From the NCBI GenBank assembly GCA_964429245.1, contig CAYSBE010000002.1, positions 1 to 55,102 of the forward strand: a DNA stretch of 55,102 nt, read 5' to 3'. Under the pieces are notes generated by a model that was given only the letters and a program-made list of their open reading frames with translations, did not search any database and was not told the DNA's origin. The position numbers were made by a program, and so were the translations under genes. Below, piece by piece: positions 10,501 to 18,497 of the stretch; within the stretch, counting starts at the first letter, position 1; the number at the start of each line of letters is the position of its first letter. This stretch comes from an uncultured Bifidobacteriaceae bacterium. Lineage in GTDB: Bacteria; Bacteroidota; Bacteroidia; UKL13-3.

Positions 10501-11517
10501 GGGTGATTGATTGATGATAACTTGTTTTACATCGCTGCATCCCCTTGTCCAACCTATCAGTGTATCTGTAAGGGTGACGGTGTATTGTGCGTTTGTCAAA
10601 TAAGTTCTGGAACCATTTACATTATAAAAAATGCCGATATGATCGCCATAATTCCACATGAAACTGAACTGAGGTATATTTTGAAACGCCCTTACATTAT
10701 AAAAACGTTCAAAATTTACGGGTGATGATGTATTTGTGAAACTGATAAAATTTCCACCCTGATTACACAATGTAGATGGAACAAAATCGGAGGTAAGTGC
10801 AAACGAAACAAACGGCTGCATGATAAAATCTGCATTGAATTGTGCGGTTCCAATATTTACGTTGTAGCCTCTCACATTTGCGGTTCCAATTCGTACTGAG
10901 CTAAGCCACTCACTTCTGCCGTTTGGCGGTGTGGCAAGCCAGTTATTTGTTATAATTCCTACATTAATTGCTGAAGATGTTTCTATGGTTATTACATATG
11001 GCCCGGTAACGGTAACAGGAGTTGAGAAATTTGCAATTTTTCTGATTGTTGTTAAAACACCCGTACCAAATGTTGAATCCACATTTACCGTTGTGGTAGC
11101 AAGCGCGGCCCCTGTTGGCAAAGAGTCGGTCACACTGGCATTATATATTCTACATGTTAATGTTACAACGGCACTTGTCCCAGCCGTTTGCCATGCATAA
11201 AATTCAAATCCGCTAACAGTAATGGGTTGCGGTGCAGGATACCATTGCATACATATACTCGCACTGTTTACGTTATTGACATTGATGGCTTGAAACTGTG
11301 TCGTTTTGTTGAAGACATAGTTTACCGTATCATACGAACAAGTTGATGTTTTGCCCATGCTGCCACCTGAAGTGCTGCTCCAAGATGTAATCGTTCGGTT
11401 AATATTATTAACAATAGAAACTGGTTGACGCTGCATTGAAAATTGTGCAGATAGCAATTGACTGAAGAGTACTGCTAACAATAAAGTAAGTATTCGTATT
11501 TTCATAACGGTTCTCAT
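7534..11517 (-). CDS. Large secreted T9SS cargo protein: unknown N-domain, PKD-like domain, 10 tandem Ig-like repeats, PKD-like domain, T9SS type-A C-terminal sorting domain
   Basis: Signal peptide (better from the alternative ATG at 11505: MKIRILTLLLAVLFSQLLSAQ). Repeats carry NGPLC.G..L.L...GA.Y.W.GPNGF.S...NP......AG.Y.V....GC. C-terminus is FYPNPASDKLTIQL...GIYFVQL...KIEIQH. Confidence 0.9.
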   Translation of the reverse strand: MRTVMKIRILTLLLAVLFSQLLSAQFSMQRQPVSIVNNINRTITSWSSTSGGSMGKTSTCSYDTVNYVFNKTTQFQAINVNNVNSASICMQWYPAPQPITVSGFEFYAWQTAGTSAVVTLTCRIYNASVTDSLPTGAALATTTVNVDSTFGTGVLTTIRKIANFSTPVTVTGPYVITIETSSAINVGIITNNWLATPPNGRSEWLSSVRIGTANVRGYNVNIGTAQFNADFIMQPFVSFALTSDFVPSTLCNQGGNFISFTNTSSPVNFERFYNVRAFQNIPQFSFMWNYGDHIGIFYNVNGSRTYLTNAQYTVTLTDTLIGWTRGCSDVKQVIINQSPNAPNAYSNSPLCLGGTLQLSCDTIPGASYIWSGPNGFTSSVQRPTVSNIGILNQGTYSVRAVAGQCTSAVASTVVNIISTPIASNNGPLCAGQQLTLSVSNIAGATYSWTGPNGFSSNNLNPTRTNITVSDAGTYNVSVTLAGCGTIGPFTTSVVVNPIPATPVATNNGPLCAGNNLQLSSTSVSGATYNWSGPNGFTSTQQNPARPSATTAFAGTYTVEANVNGCTSISSSTTVTVNNIPTTPVVSSNGPLCVGQILSLTSTPVSGATYEWSGPANFTSTQQNPTRDTVQLVHSGQYSLIATVNGCPSLPATINVVVSTSTPTPIASSNGPICPGQTLQLTASNILGATYNWTGPNGFSNGTQNPSISNVTTAADGLYSVTASTPGCSTSTAGTIQVQISSLPAAPAITSNSPLCDGTTLQLNASNITGASYNWSGPDGFTSNQQNPSISSVTASKAGQYSVFVTVSGCGTSNTSNHNVSIRRIPVPPSINSNAPVCTGDTIRFSATSTSTGPNRAFSWSGPNNFSSSLFNPILPNANQSNVGNYQATVSDSGCTSSPAIVSVSLRTPPQSPVAGNSGLVCEGSNLQLTASPVPGANYVWQGPDGFSSFSQNPFISGIGVAQAGTYSVRAIVNGCFSSPANTTVSITPLPETPVPSNNGPLCVGQALNLSTDFVQNATYSWTGPNGFSSTQRTPVINNIQSDASGVYEVVVIKQSCLSKPGNTVVEINPIPAAPGITTLPTNGILCTGDSLMLFAAFSTGADYEWTGPAGFGTAIQNPVIRNINIAQSGDYKVKMTKKGCTSPESITSITVNPTPQTSSILGPDSVRNFETQTYTIQGDVGSIFNWVAVGGTQQSGGTTNTITIAWGASTNGIVRARETNTFGCRGELKQLNVNVRNTTSLSELAMPAVAFYPNPASDKLTIQLSEKYNETIQLHVFTILGQLVFQDQINGGTIEKTINTTALTSGIYFVQLNSGSLTRTVKIEIQH
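8047..10506 (-). repeat. In-frame tandem array, 10 x about 246 nt (about 82 aa), diverged Ig-like modules inside the 1327-aa CDS
   Basis: Ten successive units were delimited from the protein. At DNA level a recurring block such as aaacccatttggacc.gtccaa.t.tatgtagc is seen near 8440, 9420, 9910, 10150 and 10390. Confidence 0.85.
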
Positions 11518-11628
11518 TATTTTGAATATCGAATTTATAGTAAAGTTTTCTTAATATCTGCATTTAATATTTATAGGCTTGTAAATGGCTTTAGTTTATG
11601 GCTTTCACTGCTTACATTTGTTCCACGT

Positions 11629-12309
11629 TTGAAAAAAATTACTGACATAAAATCTGCATATCTTTTATTCTTTATGTTATTGGGTATTTGTCTGCATTCA
11701 GCTGCTCAAGAGGCAGAAGACAGTACCAATAATGATGAGGAGACTTGGGTAAAGCCCGAGATAAATCCGGAATTGAAAATTGGTATTAAACTTGGCTCGG
11801 GAATAAGCACAATGGTAGGAAAGGAATCAAACACCAATACGTTTTATTTCAACCTGATGGGTGGCATGTACTTGAAATACCGTTTTAAACCCCATTGGAT
11901 GATTCAACCTGAAATTTCGGTGAGCAGACGAGGGAGTAATTTTGATAATGGTCCCACAGAATATTCACGTATACAATGCTATTACCTTGACTTTCCTTTT
12001 TTACTGATGCGGGGTTTAAATGAAAAAAATAACAGCATTATTGCAATTGGTGTGCAATATTCCAGGTTGCTAAACTCATCCATCTATCAATATAAAGATG
12101 CTTACCCGCAAAGCAGCAAACCCGGTTTGGCCAAAAATGATTTTTTGATTGTAGGCGGTGCTCAGTTTCATACTCCGTTTGTAGGATTTCAGTTTCTTTG
12201 CAAGTATGGCCTTATTGATATCAATGATGGCTTATTGCCCACTTTGCCTCCAGTAAGCCAAGGAAAATCCCTTCATAATCTATCTATTGAATTCAACTTT
12301 TTATTCTGA
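11629..12309 (+). CDS. Outer-membrane beta-barrel protein (OMP_b-brl_2 / PorT-like family)
   Basis: TTG start and signal peptide ending SAAQ. Shows alternating beta-strand patterns and a C-terminal ...IEFNFLF aromatic terminus. A TACATTTG -7 box lies at 11613-11620. Confidence 0.65.
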   Translation: MKKITDIKSAYLLFFMLLGICLHSAAQEAEDSTNNDEETWVKPEINPELKIGIKLGSGISTMVGKESNTNTFYFNLMGGMYLKYRFKPHWMIQPEISVSRRGSNFDNGPTEYSRIQCYYLDFPFLLMRGLNEKNNSIIAIGVQYSRLLNSSIYQYKDAYPQSSKPGLAKNDFLIVGGAQFHTPFVGFQFLCKYGLIDINDGLLPTLPPVSQGKSLHNLSIEFNFLF

Positions 12310-12315
12310 TCTATC

Positions 12316-13131
12316 GTGAACAAATCAATTTTAACTGAGCAAATATTTAGTAAAAAATCTTTTCTGTGTGTAGGCCTTGATACAGATATTGAAAAAATTC
12401 CCAAACACCTACTTTCCGACTCAAATCCGCTGTTAACCTTCAATAAAGCAATTATTGACGCAACAAAATCATATTGCGTTTCCTATAAAATAAATACCGC
12501 ATTTTATGAAGCGCAAGGGAAAAAGGGATGGGAGATCATGGAAAAAACACTTGCGTATATTCCTTCCACACACTTTACCATTGCAGATGCCAAACGGGGA
12601 GACATTGGCAATACCAGTCAGATGTATGCGAAAGCATTTTTTGAAACACTTCCGTTTGACAGCATTACCCTTGCTCCTTATATGGGAAAAGATTCCATAG
12701 ATTGTTTCTTTAGTTATCCCAATAAATGGGGAATTGTGCTTGCCCTTACTTCCAATCCGGGTAGTGCCGACTATGAGCAACAACTTATTGGAAATGAAAA
12801 ATTATATGAACGCGTAATTAAAAATACATCCACTTTTGGCACACCGGAGAACCTGATGTTTGTTGTGGGCGCAACCAAAGCCGAAGAGTTCATTCATATT
12901 CGTAAGCTTATTCCCGAGCATTTTTTGTTAGTGCCAGGTGTTGGTGCACAAGGCGGAAGTTTGGTTGATGTGGCTAAGTATGGAATGAATAAAGATTGCG
13001 GACTTTTAATAAATGCTTCCCGCAGTATCATTTATGCATCAGGCGATACAAACTTTGAACAAGCGGCAGCAAATGAAGCACAAAAAATGCAAACTCAAAT
13101 GAAAGCGTTGCTGCAAAAATATGCAGTATAA
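12316..13131 (+). CDS. pyrF: Orotidine-5'-phosphate decarboxylase (type 2)
   Basis: LCVGLDTD, ADAKRGDIGNT and VPGVGAQGG motifs. GTG start. Confidence 0.93.
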   Translation: MNKSILTEQIFSKKSFLCVGLDTDIEKIPKHLLSDSNPLLTFNKAIIDATKSYCVSYKINTAFYEAQGKKGWEIMEKTLAYIPSTHFTIADAKRGDIGNTSQMYAKAFFETLPFDSITLAPYMGKDSIDCFFSYPNKWGIVLALTSNPGSADYEQQLIGNEKLYERVIKNTSTFGTPENLMFVVGATKAEEFIHIRKLIPEHFLLVPGVGAQGGSLVDVAKYGMNKDCGLLINASRSIIYASGDTNFEQAAANEAQKMQTQMKALLQKYAV

Positions 13132-14348
13132 TGAAAGAAGAATTATTACACTATATATGGCAAAGCAAGCGACTACATGGTAATGCGCTACACACCGTGT
13201 CGGGCGAAACGTTAGAAATTGAATATCCCGGAATGTATAATAAAGATGCCGGGCCGGATTTTTTTAATGCCCGTATCAAAATTGGCAATACAATTTGGGC
13301 CGGTAATATTGAAATTCATTTACAAAGCAGCGACTGGGATAGACACTTACACCAACATGATCCGGCTTACGATAATGTAATACTTCATGTGGTGTATATT
13401 CATGATCAGGAAGTAACCAACAAGCATAACGAATCAATCCCTACCCTTGAACTGAAATCATTGCTTCCACCCTTTTTGCTAAGAAGATACCAAAGTTTGC
13501 AAAAAAATGAATCGACAATACCATGCGAACAGATAATGAAACTGCCCGAAGCATTTAGCCTTCACGCTTGGCTTACACGATTGCTAACCGAAAGGCTTGA
13601 AGAAAAAACCGATCGTCTTGAAATGATTCTTCGCCTATGCAACAACAGCTGGGAAGAGGCTTTCTATATATTTACTGCAAGGTACTTTGGCATGAAAACC
13701 AATAGCGAACCATTTGAATGGCTAGCCAGAAATATTCCGCTTCGAATTTTAGGGAAACATAAAAATAACCTTCAACAAATAAAGGCCCTGCTTTTTGGTG
13801 TAGCCGGATTTGCAGGACATCCAAAATTTCCTCAATACAATTACCTGGCCGAAGAAGCCGGCTTTTTAATTGGAAAATATGAATTAAAAACCATCCCTGT
13901 ACAATCGTGGAAATTTGCCAAAACACGTCCTCAAAATTTTCCCGATGTGCGTATCGAACAATTTGCACAATTGATATATCATGCTTCTCACCTCTTCTCA
14001 AAAGTGATGGAGGCAAGCGACCTGAAAAGCTTAGAAGCGTTGTATCGCTTTAAGTCGGAAGGGAGTATGTCAACATCAAGCATTCACCTGTTGCTTATCA
14101 ATAGTGTATTGCCTGCACTTTTTTTGTATGGTAAGCTTACCGGAAATCCTGACTTATGTGAACGTGCATTATCCTTTATTGAAAAACTGCCCGCTGAAAA
14201 AAATGCCATCACACGCTATTGGAACAATAAAGGTTTGGCCGTTAAAACAGCCTTTGAAAGTCAAGCACTCCTTCAATTAAATAACGCATATTGCACACAA
14301 TTTAAATGCCTTCAATGCACAATAGGTCAATCATCGCTATGGCAATAA
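13131..14348 (+). CDS. DUF2851-family protein (function unknown)
   Basis: The N-terminal EELLHYIWQ...LEIEYPGMYNKDAGPDF signature is typical of DUF2851. Its start overlaps the pyrF stop (TAATG). Confidence 0.8.
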   Translation: MKEELLHYIWQSKRLHGNALHTVSGETLEIEYPGMYNKDAGPDFFNARIKIGNTIWAGNIEIHLQSSDWDRHLHQHDPAYDNVILHVVYIHDQEVTNKHNESIPTLELKSLLPPFLLRRYQSLQKNESTIPCEQIMKLPEAFSLHAWLTRLLTERLEEKTDRLEMILRLCNNSWEEAFYIFTARYFGMKTNSEPFEWLARNIPLRILGKHKNNLQQIKALLFGVAGFAGHPKFPQYNYLAEEAGFLIGKYELKTIPVQSWKFAKTRPQNFPDVRIEQFAQLIYHASHLFSKVMEASDLKSLEALYRFKSEGSMSTSSIHLLLINSVLPALFLYGKLTGNPDLCERALSFIEKLPAEKNAITRYWNNKGLAVKTAFESQALLQLNNAYCTQFKCLQCTIGQSSLWQ

Positions 14349-14884
14349 AAAAAATATGTATATTGTTATTGCTTTTGTCGGCATTCGATTCGTTTGCTCA
14401 GGAGCTACTTTTTTTTAATGCAGCAAAACAAAAATCTGTGATAGTGAGGCCCGGAAGTATTTTGTGTGTAAGCTATACCGGATACAATGGTATTACTGAG
14501 TTTGCAAAACTCACGGTTACCGACATTACAGATAGTACCGTTGTACTTGGTGTAAATACTGCAAAACTGGGGTTTATGAGCAAGCTAAAAGATGGTCCTC
14601 ATGTAAATAACTACAAGGTCATTAGGCTTGAAGATATCAAGGGTTTCAGACGCATTACGCTAGGAAGAACAACGTTAAAAACATTGATGAAAATTGGTGT
14701 GGTGGTGGGAACCTATTTTTTTATTTACGAACTCTCGCAAGATGGAGGTTTCTCTGCCGGTGAAACCTTTGCCATCTCTGCCGGAGCGGGGATAGCGGGC
14801 ACCATTTTGGTAAATGCACTTTTACCTGAAAACGTAAAGTACTATATGAAAGATGGGTGGGAAGTGCGGTATCTAAAAGATTAA
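14339..14884 (+). CDS. Hypothetical membrane protein with signal peptide
   Basis: ATG 14339 gives MAIKKICILLLLLSAFDSFAQ. There are C-terminal hydrophobic helices. The start overlaps the DUF2851 stop. Confidence 0.55.
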   Translation: MAIKKICILLLLLSAFDSFAQELLFFNAAKQKSVIVRPGSILCVSYTGYNGITEFAKLTVTDITDSTVVLGVNTAKLGFMSKLKDGPHVNNYKVIRLEDIKGFRRITLGRTTLKTLMKIGVVVGTYFFIYELSQDGGFSAGETFAISAGAGIAGTILVNALLPENVKYYMKDGWEVRYLKD

Positions 14885-14934
14885 TCTTTAATCAGTTGGT
14901 TTTGTGCAGCAAAAGTCCCTAATTTCGCAAACTG

Positions 14935-15153
14935 ATGATTGATCGTATCAAATATTTTTTCGAGCAATATGCCTTTGGGGTATGCACTTATTTGGGTGAA
15001 AAGCTTGGTATTTCATCCTCACGCATTCGCTTGTACTTCATTTATCTGTCTTTTATCACCATGGCTTCACCGGTAATCGTATACCTTGTGTTGGCTTTTT
15101 GGATCAACATCAAAAAGTATATGCGCTTTTCGCGCACCACCATTGATTATTGA
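14935..15153 (+). CDS. PspC-domain membrane protein
   Basis: 72 aa; FGVCTYLGEKLGISSSRIRLYFI followed by a TM helix, the PspC N-terminal domain pattern. Confidence 0.75.
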   Translation: MIDRIKYFFEQYAFGVCTYLGEKLGISSSRIRLYFIYLSFITMASPVIVYLVLAFWINIKKYMRFSRTTIDY

Positions 15154-15178
15154 TAATTTTTTTACCGCTCATCTATTT

Positions 15179-15212
15179 TTTGCCTTCTCCCTGTTATATT
15201 GTTATAAATTTG
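15179..15212 (+). promoter_or_regulatory. Candidate promoter (-33 TTTG, 22-nt spacer, -7 TAAATTTG) for the AhpD-like gene
   Basis: TTTG at 15179-15182 and TAAATTTG at 15205-15212, 20 nt upstream of ATG 15233. Confidence 0.4.
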
Positions 15213-15232
15213 ATTCTCAAAATTGATTACTA

Positions 15233-15577
15233 ATGACACAATCTGTTCAAGAATTTAATGAATACCGCTCCCGCATGAATGAAAAAATTCTGGGTGCTGA
15301 TAATTTGGTTTTAAAAAGACTATTTAACTTGGATACAAATACCTACGAAGAAGGCGCTTTGTCTTCATCTGTAAAAGAAATGTTGGGCTTGGTAGCAAGC
15401 ATGGTGTTGCGTTGTGATGATTGCATTAAATATCACTTGGGAAAATGCCACGAGCTGGGTGTAACGACCCCTCAAATATTTGAGATTTTTGCCGTAGCCA
15501 ATATCGTAGGTGGCACCATTGTTATTCCTCATACACGCAGGGCTGTTGAATATTGGGAGTCCTTGCAAAATCAATAA
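15233..15577 (+). CDS. Carboxymuconolactone decarboxylase / AhpD-like family protein
   Basis: 114 aa with the RCDDCIKYH CxxC motif in an AhpD-like helical context. Confidence 0.8.
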   Translation: MTQSVQEFNEYRSRMNEKILGADNLVLKRLFNLDTNTYEEGALSSSVKEMLGLVASMVLRCDDCIKYHLGKCHELGVTTPQIFEIFAVANIVGGTIVIPHTRRAVEYWESLQNQ

Positions 15578-15589
15578 GTCAATTCCGTT

Positions 15590-17716
15590 ATGAAAAAATC
15601 CATCCTGTTTATTGTTGCTACTGCAACATTATTTGCCTGCAAACAAAATATGAGAAAAGAAATTGAAGTGAAACCATATCCCGAATCTATTCGTGAAAAT
15701 ATAACAGATAATTATTTTGGAACCGACATCAATGACCCATACCGCTGGCTGGAAAATGACACGGCCGCTTCAGTCATCAAATGGGTTGATGCGCAAAATG
15801 ACATCACATTCGATTACCTATCCCATATCCCGTATCGGGAACAAATCAGAAAAAGATTGACCGAAATATGGAATTATCCAAAATACTCAAGTCCATTTAA
15901 AGAAGGAGAATGGTATTACTTTTTCAAAAATGATGGGTTGCAAAACCAAAGCGTACTTTACCGACAAAAGGGATTGGATGCCACGCCCGAAATTTTTCTT
16001 GACCCCAATACCCTAACCGCTGATGGAACAGCTTCGCTTGCTAGCATTACATTTAGTAAAGATCATAAGTTATGTGCAATAGGTATTGCCCAAAGTGGAA
16101 GCGACTGGAATGAAATTATTGTGATGGATGTTGCCACAAAAGAATACTTGAAAGATAAAATTGAATGGGTGAAATTTAGTGGAGCTACCTGGCAAGGAAA
16201 CGGATTTTACTATAGCCGATATGATGAACCTGCAAAAGGAAAAGCATACAGCAACCAAAATGAATTTATGAAAATCTATTATCATAAAATTGGTACTTCA
16301 CAGCAGCAAGATGAACTAGTATATGAAGACAAGGTTCATCCCCTGCGCTATTTCAATGCTGCCATTACCGAAGATGAACGCTTTATGCTCATTTATGTGA
16401 GTGAAGGCACCCACGGAAATGAAATACTCATCAAAGATTTGAGTAAAGGTGAAAAAACATTTCGTACATTATTCAAAGGGTTTGAAAACAACTATGCCGT
16501 TGTAGATAATATTGGAGACCGCATTTTAGCTACTACCGATAAAGGCTCACCTAAATATAGGCTGATAGAACTTGACCCCACTAAACCGGAAGAAAATAAT
16601 TGGAAAACCATTGTAGCAGAAAGTAGCGATTTATTGGAAGGGGTTTCGTATTGGAATGGGAAACTTTTTTTAAGCTACCTAAAGGATGCCAGCACACGGC
16701 TATTTAGGACAAATGTAGACGGCAGTGAAAAAGAAGAAATAAAACTTCCCGGCATTGGAACTGCAAGTCTTATTGGTGGAAAGAAAGAAGATACAGAGGC
16801 GTTTTATACATTCACCTCTTTTACCAACCCCGGAGAGATATACCGCTATGAATTGACTTCCGGAAAATCAACTTTATTTAGAAAAACTGAAGTAGGGTTT
16901 AACACAGATCAATTTGAAACAAAGCAAGTTTTTTACACAAGTAAAGACGGAACAAAAATCCCCCTTTTTATCATTCATAAAAAAGGAATTAAACTGGATG
17001 GTAATAACCCAACACTATTGTATGGCTATGGCGGCTTTAATATTTCACTAACGCCTTCATTTAGTATTTCGCGAATCTATTTTCTAGAACAGGGTGGCGT
17101 ATACGCCATTGCCAATTTGCGCGGAGGTGGAGAATATGGGGAAGATTGGCACAAAGCAGGTATGCTTGAAAAAAAGCAAAATGTGTTTGATGATTTTATT
17201 GCAGCAGCCCAATACCTGATTGATGAAAAATATACCTCAACAGAGAAACTCGCCATTAATGGTGGTAGCAATGGAGGTTTGCTAGTTGGCACTTGTATGA
17301 CGCAACGTCCTGATTTGTTTAAAGTAGCAATTCCGGCAGTTGGCGTGCTTGACATGCTTCGCTATCACAAATTTACAATAGGCTGGGGATGGGCCGGTGA
17401 ATACGGCAGCAGTGACTCAGCCAAACAGTTTGATTTTCTAATTAAATACTCTCCGCTTCACAATGTGAAAGAAGTTGTAAATTATCCGGCAACAATGATT
17501 ATGACCGCTGACCACGATGACCGTGTGGTGCCAGCCCATTCCTTTAAGTTTACAGCAGAGCTACAAGCCAAGCAAAAGAAAGCAGGAAACCCGATCTTGA
17601 TTCGCATTGATAAAAAAGCAGGCCATGGTGCAGGCAAACCCACCACAAAACTAATTGATGATGCAACTGATTTTTGGAGTTTTATACTTTGGAATTTGCA
17701 TGGTAAGGTAGAGTAG
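15590..17716 (+). CDS. Prolyl oligopeptidase (S9A prolyl endopeptidase), lipoprotein
   Basis: 708 aa; lipobox LFAC, an N-terminal beta-propeller region, the GGSNGGLL nucleophile elbow, and DHDDRV and GHGAGKP motifs. Confidence 0.93.
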   Translation: MKKSILFIVATATLFACKQNMRKEIEVKPYPESIRENITDNYFGTDINDPYRWLENDTAASVIKWVDAQNDITFDYLSHIPYREQIRKRLTEIWNYPKYSSPFKEGEWYYFFKNDGLQNQSVLYRQKGLDATPEIFLDPNTLTADGTASLASITFSKDHKLCAIGIAQSGSDWNEIIVMDVATKEYLKDKIEWVKFSGATWQGNGFYYSRYDEPAKGKAYSNQNEFMKIYYHKIGTSQQQDELVYEDKVHPLRYFNAAITEDERFMLIYVSEGTHGNEILIKDLSKGEKTFRTLFKGFENNYAVVDNIGDRILATTDKGSPKYRLIELDPTKPEENNWKTIVAESSDLLEGVSYWNGKLFLSYLKDASTRLFRTNVDGSEKEEIKLPGIGTASLIGGKKEDTEAFYTFTSFTNPGEIYRYELTSGKSTLFRKTEVGFNTDQFETKQVFYTSKDGTKIPLFIIHKKGIKLDGNNPTLLYGYGGFNISLTPSFSISRIYFLEQGGVYAIANLRGGGEYGEDWHKAGMLEKKQNVFDDFIAAAQYLIDEKYTSTEKLAINGGSNGGLLVGTCMTQRPDLFKVAIPAVGVLDMLRYHKFTIGWGWAGEYGSSDSAKQFDFLIKYSPLHNVKEVVNYPATMIMTADHDDRVVPAHSFKFTAELQAKQKKAGNPILIRIDKKAGHGAGKPTTKLIDDATDFWSFILWNLHGKVE

Positions 17717-17737
17717 ACTAATTAAATAACGAATAAA

Positions 17738-18490
17738 CTATTTTTGATTTCTTGCATTAATTAATTGAAACAAAGTATCCAACTTTTCACTTGATAATGA
17801 AACTTGATGATTGTTTTCCATTCTTAAATATCCGCCATCTGTGCGTACAAATTCCTTTATGTAATTGGTATTTACTATAAATGATTTGTGGCACCTGAAA
17901 AAACTTAAATCAGGGTTTAAAACATCTTCAAAGCTTTTCAAAATCTTGCTTGCCATAACTGTATCTTCATTTTTTAATACAATATTGGTATAAGCGCCAT
18001 CTGCCTTTAAGTAAATAATATCATTGATATCTATAAATTTTATAGAACCTGTTGTATGTATTGCTATTTTCTTTTTTTTATGATTCAGTTGTAGGTTGGT
18101 TTTTAATACCTGATAGTTTTGCTTGACACCCTGCTTTTTAAATCGTTCAACTGCATGCTCAAGATCCTTAAATTCTATTGGTTTAAGTAAATAATCAATA
18201 GCAGATAATTTAAATGCTTGTATGGCATATTGATTGTACGCGGTTGTGAAAATTATAGAAAAGTTTACTTCGTCTTCATTAAAAAAATCGAGCAATTCCA
18301 ATCCGCTATGTCCTGGCATTTCAATATCTAAAAATACCAAATCGGGATTATGTTTGCGAATTGATTTAACACCAGTTGGCAAGTCTTTACAAGTATCTAA
18401 TACTTCTACATCCTTACACAACTCTTTAAGCATACCTTCCAATAGTGTGCGTGCCATTTTCTCATCATCAATAATTATCGTTTTTATCAT
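17738..18490 (-). CDS. LytTR-family response regulator
   Basis: Receiver domain (IIIDDE...DLVFLDIEMPG...K) followed by a C-terminal LytTR DNA-binding domain (IYLKADGAYTNI...FFRCHKSFIVN). Confidence 0.92.
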   Translation of the reverse strand: MIKTIIIDDEKMARTLLEGMLKELCKDVEVLDTCKDLPTGVKSIRKHNPDLVFLDIEMPGHSGLELLDFFNEDEVNFSIIFTTAYNQYAIQAFKLSAIDYLLKPIEFKDLEHAVERFKKQGVKQNYQVLKTNLQLNHKKKKIAIHTTGSIKFIDINDIIYLKADGAYTNIVLKNEDTVMASKILKSFEDVLNPDLSFFRCHKSFIVNTNYIKEFVRTDGGYLRMENNHQVSLSSEKLDTLFQLINARNQK

Positions 18491-18497
18491 TATTTGC

